A DNA stretch of 64,000 nt from Mobula hypostoma (taxonomy: Eukaryota): assembly GCF_963921235.1 (NCBI RefSeq), contig NW_026948111.1:124001-188000 (forward strand), in the 5' to 3' direction. A model generated the notes under the pieces. It worked only from the letters and a program-made list of their open reading frames with translations, had not been told where the DNA came from and did not search any database. The stretch's first letter is position 1; each line of letters begins with the position of its first letter. This document shows, piece by piece, positions 24,661-40,800 of this stretch. Made by a program: the position numbers and the translations under genes.

Positions 24661-25165
24661 TCTTAGAAAGATGCGCTGAAACTGGAGAGGGTTCAAAGGA
24701 GGTTGACAAAAGTGATTCTAGGATTCAATGGTTTGTCATACGAAGAATGTTTGATAGCTCTGAGCTTGTTTTCAGAAGAATGAGGGGTGACCTCACTGAA
24801 ACCTATCTAATGGTGAAAGGCCTTCATAGAGTGGATGTGGAGAGGATATTTCCTTTGCTGGGACCAGAGTACACGGCGTCAGAATAGATGTGTGTGTTTT
24901 TAGAACTGAGGTGAGGAACCATTTCTTCCGCCAGAGAGCAGTGAATATGTGGAATCCTTTGCCACAGGCAGATATGGAGGCCAAGCCTTTCTGTATATTG
25001 AAGGCAGAGGTTGACGGATTGGTCAAGAGATGAAGAGTTAGGGGGAGAAGGCAGGAGATTGGGGCTGAGAGGAAAATTGGATCAGCCAAGAAGAAATGGC
25101 AGAGCAGACTCGATGGGCCAAATAGCCTAATTCTGTTTCCAGATCTTATAGCCTTATGGTCTTAG
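24661..25165 (+). mobile_element. CR1 3' fragment
   Basis: RRMRGDLTETY and 3' tail CTTATAGCCTTATGGTCTTA. Confidence 0.8.
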
Positions 25166-25242
25166 TGCGTCCACAGCCACACAGTGGTGCTCCCTCAGTA
25201 CTGTCCCTTCCAGTTTGATGTTCCCCACCACCACCGGGATGT

Positions 25243-25343
25243 TCCCTCAGTCCCGCCCCTCCCACAGGGACGGTCCCTCAGTCCCGCCCCTCCCACAGGG
25301 ACGGTCCCTCAGTCCCGCCCCTCCCACAGGGACGGTCCCTCAG
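25243..25343. repeat. 31-bp tandem repeat (TCCCTCAGTCCCGCCCCTCCCACAGGGACGG) x3, each containing a GC box
   Basis: Exact tandem copies; CCCGCCCC in each. Confidence 0.85.
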
Positions 25344-25429
25344 TAGGGTTCCACTCAAAGGTCGCACCCTCACTCCCGTCCCCACCCCACAGTGACTCTC
25401 ACTCACTGCCCCTCCAACACGGAGACTCT

Positions 25430-25880
25430 CAGTACCGCCGCACAGCCCCAGTTTCATACCCGCTGCTGCCGTTTGTTGACGCCCCGAGGAATTGGGCCTG
25501 GGGGCGCCACCGGGCTCAGAGCCGGTCTCATGCCGGAGCGCGGTCTCCGGTGCTCAGCCCAACTCCGGTGTCCGCTGTCTGTCTACTATTCTGGCCCAGA
25601 CCCGGCGGCCGGCTCAACTGTGTTGTAGCCGACAAGGAAATACGGTACTCGGCCCCGCTGCCAGTGTCCGGACTCGGACTCGCTGCCGGGACACGGACTC
25701 GGCCCCGCTGCCACTGCCGGCGCTGGTCTCCACACACCAGCAGCTGATGAAAGCGCAGATGCTGCGTCAGTGCGGCCGCTGGGTCCTAGCGCTCACAACA
25801 GAACACTGAAAAAACCGGGATCACAGAGTCTGCGTCGCACAACTGTCCATTCAGAGTGAGCACAGCGAGCTGCGCACACA
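25430..25880. promoter_or_regulatory. CpG-island-like unique sequence, probable DCTN1 promoter/5' UTR
   Basis: The longest CpG-dense non-repeat stretch in an otherwise CpG-depleted window; upstream of the DCTN1 exon on the minus strand. Confidence 0.6.
25460..25531 (-). CDS. DCTN1: Candidate DCTN1 first coding exon (MRPALSPVAPPGPIPRGVNKRQQR)
   Basis: ATG at 25531-25529 with G at -3 (CCGGCATG), 24 codons, then donor-like CGG|GTATGA at 25459. Phase 0 matches the CAP-Gly exon. No strong peptide homology. Confidence 0.45.
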
Positions 25881-28800
25881 ACACAATCCATCACCCCACA
25901 CACCACAATCCATCACCCCACACTCACACACACCACAATCCATCACCCCACACACCACAATCCATCACCCCACACTCACACACACCACAATCCATCACCC
26001 CACACACCACAATCCATCACCCCACACTCACACACACCACAATCCATCACCCCACACACCACAATCCATCACCCCACACTCACACACACCACAATCCATC
26101 ACCCCACACACCACAATCCATCACCCCACACTCACACACACACCACAATCCATCACCCCACACACCACAATCCATCACCCCACACTCACACACACACCAC
26201 AATCCATCACCCCACACACCACAATCCATCACCCCACACTCACACACACAACACAATCCATCACCCCACACACCACAATCCATCACCCCACACTCACACA
26301 CACCACAATCCATCACCCCACACACCACAATCCATCACCCCACACTCACACACACCACAATCCATCACCCCACACACCACAATCCATCACCCCACACTCA
26401 CACACACACCACAATCCATCACCCCACACACCACAATCCATCACCCCACACTCACACACACACCACAATCCATCACCCCACACTCACACACACCACAATC
26501 CATCACCCCACACACCACAATCCATCACCCCACACTCACAATCCATCACCCCACACTCACACACACCACAATCCATCACCCCACACTCACACACACACCA
26601 CAATCCATCACCCCACACTCACACACACACCACAATCCATCACCCCACACACCACAATCCATCACCCCACACTCACACACACCACAATCCATCACCCCAC
26701 ACACCACAATCCATCACCCCACACTCACAATCCATCACCCCACACTCACACACACCACAATCCATCACCCCACACTCACACACACACCACAATCCATCAC
26801 CCCACACACCACAATCCAACACCCCACACACACACACACCACAATCCATCACCCCACACACCACAATCCATCACCCCACACACCACAATCCATCACCCCA
26901 CACTCACAATCCATCACCCCACACTCACACACACCACAATCCATCACCCCACACTCACACACACACCACAATCCATCACCCCACACACCACAATCCATCA
27001 CCCCACACACCACAATCCATCACCCCACACTCACAAACACACCACAATCCATCACCCAACACTCACACACACACCACAATCCATCACCTCACACTCACAC
27101 ACACACCACAATCCATCACCCAACACTCACACACAACCACAATCCATCACCTCACACTCACACACACACCACAATCCATCACCCCACACTCACACACACC
27201 ACAATCCATCACCCCACACACCACAATCCATCACCCCACACTCACACACACACCACAATCCATCACCCAACACTCACACACACACCACAATCCATCACCT
27301 CACACTCACACACACACCACAATCCATCACCCCACACTCACAATCCATCACCCCACACTCACACACACACCACAATCCATCACCTCACACTCACACACAC
27401 ACCACAATCCATCACCCAACACTCACAATCCATCACCCCACACTCACACACACACAACAATCCATCACCCCACACTCACACACACACCACAATCCATCAC
27501 CTCACACTCACACACACACCACAATCCATCACCCAACACTCACAATCCATCACCCCACACTCACATACACACCACAATCCATCACCCCACACTCACAATC
27601 CATCACCCCACACTCACACACACACCACAATCCATCACCCCACACACCACAATCCATCACCCCACACTCACACACCACAATCCATCACCCCACACACCAC
27701 AATCCATCACCCCACACTCACACACACAGCACAATCCATCACCCCACACACCACAATCCATCACCCCACACTCACAATCCATCACCCCACACTCACACAC
27801 ACACCACAATCCATCACCCCACACACCACAATCCATCACCCCACACTCACAATCCATCACCCCACACTCACACACACACCACAATCCATCACCCCACACA
27901 CCACAATCCATCACCCCACACTCACAATCCATCACCCCACACTCACACACACACCACAATCCATCACCCCACACACCACAATCCATCACCCCACACTCAC
28001 AATCCATCACCCCACACTCACACACACACCACAATCCATCACCCCACACACCACAATCCATCACCCCACACTCACAATCTATCACCCCACACTCACACAC
28101 ACACCAAAATCCATCACCCCACACTCACACACACACCACAATCCATCACCCCACACACCACAATCCATCACCCCACACTCACAATCCATCACCCCACACT
28201 CACACACACACCAAAATCCATCACCCCACACTCACACACACACCACAATCCATCACCCCACACACCACAATCCATCACCCCACACTCACAATCCATCACC
28301 ACACACTCACACACACACCAAAATCCATCACCCCACACTCACACACACACCACAATCCATCACCCCACACACCACAATCCATCACCCCACACTCACAATC
28401 CATCACCCCACACTCACACACACACCAAAATCCATCACCCCACACTCACACACACACCACAATCCATCACCCCACACTCACACAAACCACAATCCATCAC
28501 CCCACACTCACACACACCACAATCCATCACCCCACACTCACACACACGCCACAATCCATCACCCCACACTCACACACACCACAATCCATCACCCCACACT
28601 CACACACACACCACAATCCATCACCCCACACTCACAATCCATCACCCCACACTCACAATCCATCACCCCACACTCACACACACATCACAATCCATCACCC
28701 CACACTCACACACAAACCACAATCCATCACCCCACACTCACACACACGCCACAATCCATCACCCCACGCACACACACACGCCACACTCCATCACCCCACA

Positions 28801-31800
28801 CACCACAATCCATCACCCCACACTCACACACACACCACAATCCATCACCCCACACTCACAATCCATCACCCCACACTCACATACACACCACAATCCATCA
28901 CCCCACACTCACAATCCATCACCCCACACTCACACACACACCACAATCCATCACCCCACACTCACACACACACCACAATCCATCACCCCACACTCACACA
29001 CACACCACAATCCATCACCCCACACACCACACACACACCACAATCCATCACACCACACTCACACACACCACAATCCATCACCCCACACTCACACACACAC
29101 CACAATCCATCACCCCACACTCACACACACACCACAATCCATCACCCCACACTCACACACACAACACAATCCATCACCCCACACTCACACACACACCACA
29201 ATCCATCACCCCACACTCACACACACCACAATCCATCACCCCACACTCACACACACACCACAATCCATCACCCCACACTCACACACACCACAATCCATCA
29301 CCCCACACTCACACACACACCACAATCCATCACCCCACACTCACACACACACCACAAGCCATCACCCCACGCTCACACACACCACAATTCATCACCCCAC
29401 ACTCACACACACACAACAATCCATCACCCCACACTCACATACACACCACAATCCATCACACCACACTCACACACACACCACAATCCATCACCCCACACTC
29501 ACAATCCATCACCCCACACTCACACACACACCACAATCCATCACCCCACACTCACAATCCATCGCCCCACACTCACACACACACCACAATCCATCACCCC
29601 ACACTCACAATCCATCACCCCACACTCACACACACACCACAATCCATCACCCCACACTCACACACACACAATCCATCACCCCACACACCACAATCCATCA
29701 CCCCACACTCACACACACACCACAATCCATCACCCCATACTCACACACACACCACAATCCATCACCCCACACTCACAATCCATAACCCCACACTCACACA
29801 CACACCACAATCCATCACCCCACACACCACAATCCATCACCCCACACTCACACACAACCACAATCCATCACCTCACACTCACACACACACCACAATCCAT
29901 CACCCCACACTCACACACACCACAATCCATCACCCCACACTCACACACACCACAATCCATCACCCCACACACCACAATCCATCACCCCACACTCACACAC
30001 ACACCACAATCCATCACCCAACACTCACACACACACCACAATCCATCACCTCACACTCACACACACACCACAATCCATCACCCCACACTCACAATCCATC
30101 ACCCCACACTCACACACACACCACAATCCATCACCTCACACTCACACACACACCACAATCCATCACCCAACACTCACAATCCATCACCCCACACTCACAC
30201 ACACACCACAATCCATCACCCCACACTCACACACACACCACAATCCATCACCTCACACTCACACACACACCACAATCCATAACCCAACACTCACAATCCA
30301 TCACCCCACACTCACATACACACCACAATCCATCACCCCACACTCACAATCCATCACCCCACACTCACACACACACCACAATCCATCACCCCACACACCA
30401 CAATCCATCACCCCACACTCACACACCACAATCCATCACCCCACACACCACAATCCATCACCCCACACTCACACACACAGCACAATCCATCACCCCACAC
30501 ACCACAATCCATCACCCCACACTCACAATCCATCACCCCACACTCACACACACACCACAATCCATCACACCACACACCACAATCCATCACCCCACACTCA
30601 CAATCCATCACCCCACACTCACACACACACCACAATCCATCACCCCACACACCACAATCCATCACCCCACACTCACAATCCATCACCCCACACTCACACA
30701 CACACCACAATCCATCACCCCACACACCACAATCCATCACCCCACACTCACAATCCATCACCCCACACTCACACACACACCACAATCCATCACCCCACAC
30801 ACCACAATCCATCACCCCACACTCACAATCTATCACCCCACACTCACACACACACCAAAATCCATCACCCCACACTCACACACACACCACAATCCATCAC
30901 CCCACACACCACAATCCATCACCCCACACTCACAATCCATCACCCCACACTCACACACACACCAAAATCCATCACCCCACACTCACACACACACCACAAT
31001 CCATCACCCCACACACCACAATCCATCACCCCACACTCACAATCCATCACCCCACACTCACACACACACCAAAATCCATCACCCCACACTCACACACACA
31101 CCACAATCCATCACCCCACACACCACAATCCATCACCCCACACTCACAATCCATCACCCCACACTCACACACACACCAAAATCCATCACCCCACACTCAC
31201 ACACACACCACAATCCATCACCCCACACTCACACACACCACAATCCATCACCCCACACTCACACACACCACAATCCATCACCCCACACTCACACACACGC
31301 CACAATCCATCACCCCACACTCACACACACCACAATCCATCACCCCACACTCACACACACACCACAATCCATCACCCCACACTCACAATCCATCACCCCA
31401 CACTCACAATCCATCACCCCACACTCACACACACATCACAATCCATCACCCCACACTCACACACAAACCACAATCCATCACCCCACACTCACACACACGC
31501 CACAATCCATCACCCCACGCTCACACACACGCCACAATCCATCACCCCACACACCACAATCCATCACCCCACACTCACACACACACCACAATCCATCACC
31601 CCACACTCACAATCCATCACCCCACACTCACATACACACCACAATCCATCACCCCACACTCACAATCCATCACCCCACACTCACACACACACCACAATCC
31701 ATCACCCCACACTCACACACACACCACAATCCATCACCCCACACACCACACACACACCACAATCCATCACACCACACTCACACACACCACAATCCATCAC

Positions 31801-34800
31801 ACCACACTCACACACACACCACAATCCATCACCCCACACTCACACACACACCACAATCCATCACCCCACACTCACACACACAACACAATCCATCACCCCA
31901 CACTCACACACACACCACAATCCATCACCCCACACTCACACACACCACAATCCATCACCCCACACTCACACACACACCACAATCCATCACCCCACACTCA
32001 CACACACCACAATCCATCACCCCACACTCACACACACACCACAATCCATCACCCCACACTCACACACACACCACAAGCCATCACCCCACGCTCACACACA
32101 CCACAATTCATCACCCCACACTCACACACACACCACAATCCATCACCCCACACTCACATACACACCACAATCCATCACACCACACTCACACACACACCAC
32201 AATCCATCACCCCACACTCACAATCCATCACCCCACACTCACACACACACCACAATCCATCACCCCACACTCACAATCCATCGCCCCACACTCACACACA
32301 CACCACAATCCATCACCCCACACTCACAATCCATCACCCCACACTCACACACACACCACAATCCATCACCCCACACTCACACACACACCACAATCCATCA
32401 CCCCACACACCACAATCCATCACCCCACACTCACACACACACCACAATCCATCACCCCATACTCACACACACACCACAATCCATCACCCCACACTCACAA
32501 TCCATAACCCCACACTCACACACACACCACAATCCATCACCCCACACACCACAATCCATCACCCCACACTCACACACACACCACAATCCATCACCCCACA
32601 CACCACACACACCACAATCCATCACCCCACACACCACAATCCATCACCCCACACTCACACACACACCAAAATCCATCACCCCACACTCACACACACACCA
32701 CAATCCATCACCCCACACACCACAATCCATCACCCCACACTCACACACACACCAAAATCCATCACCCCACACTCACACACACACCACAATCCATCACCCC
32801 ACACACCACACACACCACAATCCATCACCCCACACACACCACAATCCATCACCCCACACTCACACACCACAATCCATCACCCCACACTCACACACACACC
32901 ACAATCCATCACCCCACACTCACACACACACCACAATCCATCACCCAACACACCACAATCCATCACCCCACACTCACACACACACCACAATCCATCACCG
33001 CACACACCACACACACCACAATCCATCACCCCACACTCACACACACACACCACAATCCATCACCCCACACTCACACACACACCACAATCCATCACCCCAC
33101 ACTCACACACACACACACCACAATCCATCACCCCACACTCACACACACACCACAATCCATCACCCCACACTCACACACACCACAATCCATCACCCCACAC
33201 TCACACACACACCACAATCCATCACCCCACACTCACACACACACCACAATCCATCACCCCACACTCACACACACACCACAATCCATCACCCCACACACCA
33301 CAATCCATCACCCCACACTCACACACACACCACAATCCATCACCCCATACTCACACACACACCACAATCCATCACCCCACACTCACAATCCATAACCCCA
33401 CACTCACACACACACCACAATCCATCACCCCACACTCACACACACACCACAATCCATCACCCCACACACCACACACACCACAATCCATCACCCCACACAC
33501 CACAATCCATCACCCCACACTCACACACACACCAAAATCCATCACCCCACACTCACACACACACCACAATCCATCACCCCACACACCACACACACCACAA
33601 TCCATCACCCCACACACACCACAATCCATCACACCACACTCACACACCACAATCCATCACCCCACACTCACACACACACCACAATCCATCACCCCACACT
33701 CACACACACACCACAATCCATCACCCCACACACCACAATCCATCACCCCACACTCACACACACACCACAATCCATCACCGCACACACCACACACACCACA
33801 ATCCATCACCCCACACTCACACACACACACACACCACAATCCATCACCCCACACTCACACACACACCACAATCCATCACCCCACACTCACACACACACAC
33901 ACCACAATCCATCACCCCACACTCACACACACACCACAATCCATCACCCCACACTCACACACACCACAATCCATCACCCCACACTCACACACACACCACA
34001 ATCCATCACCCCACACTCACACACACACCACAATCCATCACCCCACACTCACACACACCACAATCCATCACCCCACACTCACACACACCACAATCCATCA
34101 CCCCACACTCACACACACACCACAATCCATCACCCCACACTCACACACACACCACAATCCATCACCCCACACTCACACACACCACAATCCATCACCCCAC
34201 ACTCACACACACACCACAATCCATCACCCCACACTCACACACACACCACAATCCATCACCCCACACTCACACACACACCACAATCCATCACCCCACACAC
34301 CACACACACACCACAATCCATCACCCCACACTCACACCACAATCCATCACCCCACACACACACCACACCACAATCCATCACCCCACACACCACAATCCAT
34401 CACCCCACACACACACACCACAATCCATCACCCCACACACACACCACAATCCATCATCCCACACACAATCCATCACTCCACACTCACACACACACCACAA
34501 TCCATCACCCCACACACCACAATCCGTCACCCCACACTCACACACACACCACAATCCATCACCCCACACTCACACACACACCACAATCCATCACCCCACA
34601 CACACCACAATCCATCACCCCACACTCACACCACAATCCATCACCCCACACTCACACACACACACCACAATCCATAACCCCACACTCACACACACACCAC
34701 AATCCATCACCCCACACTCACACACACACCACCATCCATCACCCCACACTCACACACACACCACAATCCATCACCCCACACTCACACACACCACAATCCA

Positions 34801-37800
34801 TCACCCCACACTCACACACACACCACAATCCATCACCCCACACTCACACACACACCACAATCCATCACCCCACACTCACACACACACCACAATCCATCAC
34901 CCCACACACCACACACACCACAATCCATCACCCCACACTCACACACACACCGCAATCCATCACCCCACACACCACAATCCATCACCCCACACTCACACAC
35001 ACACCGCAATCCATCACCCCACACTCACACACACACCACAATCCATCACCACACACACCACACACACCACAATCCATCACCCCACACTCACACACACACC
35101 ACAATCCATCACCCCACACACCACAATCCATCACCCCACACTCACACACACACACACCACAATCCATCACCCCACACTCACACACACACCACAATCCATC
35201 ACCCCACACTCACACACACACACCACAATCCATCACCCCACACACCACAATCCATCACCCCACACTCACAATCCATCACCCCACACTCACACACACCACA
35301 ATCCATCACCCCACACTCACACACACACCACAATCCATCACCCCACACACCACAATCCATCACCCCACACTCACACACACCACAATCCATCACCCCACAC
35401 ACCACAATCCATCACCCCACACTCACAATCCATCACCCCACACTCACACACACCACAATCCATCACTCCACACTCACACACACACCACAATCCATCACCC
35501 CACACACCACAATCCATCACCCCACACTCACACACACCACAAACCATCACCCCACACACCACAATCCATCACCCCACACTCACAATCCATCACCCCACAC
35601 TCACACACACCACAATCCATCACCCCACACTCACACACACACCACAATCCATCACCCCACACACCACAATCCATCACCCCACACACCACAATCCATCACC
35701 CCACACTCACACACACACCACAATCCATCACCCAACACTCACACACACACCACAATCCATCACCCCACACTCACACACACCACAATCCATCACCCCACAC
35801 ACCACAATCCATCACCCCACACTCACACACACACCACAATCCATCACCCAACACTCACACACACACCACAATCCATCACCTCACACTCACACACACACCA
35901 CAATCCATCACCCCACACTCACAATCCATCACCCCACACTCACACACACACCACAATCCATCACCTCACACTCACACACACACCACAATCCATCACCCAA
36001 CACTCACAATCCATCACCCCACACTCACACACACACCACAATCCATCACCCCACACTCACACACACACCACAATCCATCACCTCACACTCACACACACAC
36101 CACAATCCATCACCCAACACTCACAATCCATCACCCCACACTCACATACACACCACAATCCATCACCCCACACTCACAATCCATCACCCCACACTCACAC
36201 ACACACCACAATCCATCACCCCACACTCACACACCACAATCCATCACCCCACACACCACAATCCATCACCCCACACTCACACACACAGCACAATCCATCA
36301 CCCCACACACCACAATCCATCACCCCACACTCACAATCCATCACCCCACACTCACACACACACCACAATCCATCACCCCACACACCACAATCCATCACCC
36401 CACACTCACAATCCATCACCCCACACTCACACACACACCACAATCCATCACCCCACACACCACAATCCATCACCCCACACTCACAATCCATCACCCCACA
36501 CTCACACACACACCACAATCCATCACCCCACACACCACAATCCATCACCCCACACTCACAATCCATCACCCCACACTCACACACACACCACAATCCATCA
36601 CCCCACACACCACAATCCATCACCCCACACTCACAATCTATCACCCCACACTCACACACACACCAAAATCCATCACCCCACACTCACACACACACCACAA
36701 TCCATCACCCCACACACCACAATCCATCACCCCACACTCACAATCCATCACCCCACACTCACACACACACCAAAATCCATCACCCCACACTCACACACAC
36801 ACCACAATCCATCACCCCACACACCACAATCCATCACCCCACACTCACAATCCATTACCCCACACTCACAATCCATCACCCCACACTCACACACACACCA
36901 AAATCCATCACCCCACACTCACACACACACCACAATCCATCACCCCACACACCACAATCCATCACCCCACACTCACAATCCATCACCCCACACTCACACA
37001 CACACCAAAATCCATCACCCCACACACACACACACACCACAATCCATCACCCCACACTCACACACACCACAATCCATCACCCCACACTCACACACACCAC
37101 AATCCATCACCCCACACTCACACACACGCCACAATCCATCACCCCACACTCACACACACCACAATCCATCACCCCACACTAACACACACACCACAATCCA
37201 TCACCCCACACTCACAATCCATCACCCCACACTCACAATCCATCACCCCACACTCACACACACATCACAATCCATCACCCCACACTCACACACAAACCAC
37301 AATCCAACACCCCACACTCACACACACGCCACAATCCATCACCCCACGCTCACACACACGCCACAATCCATAACCCCACACACCACAATCCATCACCCCA
37401 CACTCACACACACACCACAATCCATCACCCCACACTCACAATCCATCACCCCACACTCACATACACACCACAATCCATCACCCCACACTCACAATCCATC
37501 ACCCCACACTCACACACACACCACAATCCATCACCCCACACTCACACACACACCACAATCCATCACCCCACACACCACACACACACCACAATCCATCACA
37601 CCACACTCACACACACCACAATCCATCACCCCACACTCACACACACACCACAATCCATCACCCCACACTCACACACACACCACAATCCATCACCCCACAC
37701 TCACACACACAACACAATCCATCACCCCACACTCACACACACACCACAATCCATCACCCCACACTCACACACACCACAATCCATCACCCCACACTCACAC

Positions 37801-40800
37801 ACACACCACAATCCATCACCCCACACTCACACACACCACAATCCATCACCCCACACTCACACACACACCACAATCCATCACCCCACACTCACACACACAC
37901 CACAATCCATCACCCCACGCTCACACACACCACAATCCATCACCCCACGCTCACACACACCACAATTCATCACCCCACACTCACACACACACCACAATCC
38001 ATCACCCCACACTCACATACACACCACAATCCATCACACCACACTCACACACACACCACAATCCATCACCCCACACTCACAATCCATCACCCCACACTCA
38101 CACACACACCACAATCCATCACCCCACACTCACAATCCATCGCCCCACACTCACACACACACCACAATCCATCACCCCACACTCACAATCCATCACCCCA
38201 CACTCACACACACACCACAATCCATCACCCCACACTCACACACACACCACAATCCATCACCCCACACACCACAATCCATCACCCCACACTCACACACACA
38301 CCACAATCCATCACCCCATACTCACACACACACACCACAATCCATCACCCCACACTCACAATCCATAACCCCACACTCACACACACACCACAATCCATCA
38401 CCCCACACACCACAATCCATCACCCCACACTCACACACACACCACAATCCATCACCCCACACACCACACACACCACAATCCATCACCCCACACACCACAA
38501 TCCATCACCCCACACTCACACACACACCAAAATCCATCACCCCACACTCACACACACACCACAATCCATCACCCCACACACCACACACACCACAATCCAT
38601 CACCCCACACACACCACAATCCATCACCCCACACTCACACACCACAATCCATCACCCCACACTCACACACACACCACAATCCATCACCCCACACTCACAC
38701 ACACACCACAATCCATCACCCCACACACCACAATCCATCACCCCACACTCACACACACACCACAATCCATCACCGCACACACCACACACACCACAATCCA
38801 TCACCGCACACACCACACACACCACAATCCATCACCCCACACTCACACACACACACACACCACAATCCATCACCCCACACTCACACACACACCACAATCC
38901 ATCACCCCACACTCACACACACACACCACAATCCATCACCCCACACTCACACACACACCACAATCCATCACCCCACACTCACACACACCACAATCCATCA
39001 CCCCACACTCACACACACACCACAATCCATCACCCCACACTCACACACACACCACAATCCATCACCCCACACTCACACACACACCACAATCCATCACCCC
39101 ACACTCACACACACCACAATCCATCACCCCACACTCACACACACCACAATCCATCACCCCACACTCACACACACACCACAATCCATCACCCCACACTCAC
39201 ACACACACCACAATCCATCACCCCACACTCACACACACCACAATCCATCACCCCACACTCACATACACACCACAATCCATCACCCCACACTCACACACAC
39301 ACCACAATCCATCACCCCACACTCACACACACACCACAATCCATCACCCCACACACCACACACACACCACAATCCATCACCCCACACTCACACCACAATC
39401 CATCACCCCACACTCACACCACAATCCATCACCCCACACACACACCACACCACAATCCATCACCCCACACACCACAATCCATCACCCCACACACACACAC
39501 CACAATCCATCACCCCACACACACACCACAATCCATCATCCCACACACAATCCATCACCCCACACTCACACACACACCACAATCCATCACCCCACACACC
39601 ACAATCCATCACCCCACACTCACACCACAATCCGTCACCCCACACTCACACACACACCACAATCCATCACCCCACACTCACACACACACCACAATCCATC
39701 ACCCCACACACACCACAATCCATCACCCCACACTCACACCACAATCCATCACCCCACACTCACACACACACACCACAATCCATAACCCCACACTCACACA
39801 CACACCACAATCCATCACCCCACACTCACACACACACCACCATCACCCCACACTCACACACACACCACCATCCATCACCCCACACTCACACACACACCAC
39901 AATCCATCACCCCACACTCACACACACCACAATCCATCACCCCACACTCACACACACACCACAATCCATCACCCCACACTCACACACACACCACAATCCA
40001 TCACCCCACACACCACACACACCACAATCCATCACCCCACACTCACACACACACCGCAATCCATCACCCCACACACCACAATCCATCACCCCACACTCAC
40101 ACACACACCCCAATCCATCACCCCACACTCACACACACACCACAATCCATCACCACACACACCACACACACCACAATCCATCACCCCACACTCACACACA
40201 CACCACAATCCATCACCCCACACACCACAATCCATCACCCCACACTCACACACACACACCACAATCCATCACCCCACACTCACACACACACCACAATCCA
40301 TCACCCCACACTCACACACACACACCACAATCCATCACCCCACACTCACACACACACCACAATCCATCACCCCACACTCACACACACCACAATTCATCAC
40401 CCCACACTCACACACACACCACAATCCATCACCCCACACTCACACACACACCACAATCCATCACCCCACACTCACACACACCACAATCCATCACCCCACA
40501 CTCACACACACCACAATCCATCACCCCACACTCACACACACACCACAATCCATCACCCCACACTCACACACACACCACAATCCATCACCCCACACTCACA
40601 CACACCACAATCCATCACCCCACACTCACACACACACCACAATCCATCACCCCACACTCACACACACACCACAATCCATCAACCCACACTCACACACACA
40701 CCACAATCCATCACCCCACACTCACACACACACAATCCATCACCCCACACACCACACACACACCACAATCCATCACCCCACACTCACACCACAATCCATC

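Noticed and set aside
25538..25558. REST/RE1-like site on the minus strand (CTGAGCACCGGAGACCGCGCT)
   Set aside because: The GGACAG half-site is broken; match too weak to call.
25856..29785. 1309-aa His/Thr/Pro-rich ORF
   Set aside because: Translation of a nearly G-free satellite in which stop codons almost cannot occur; GTG start; no coding features.
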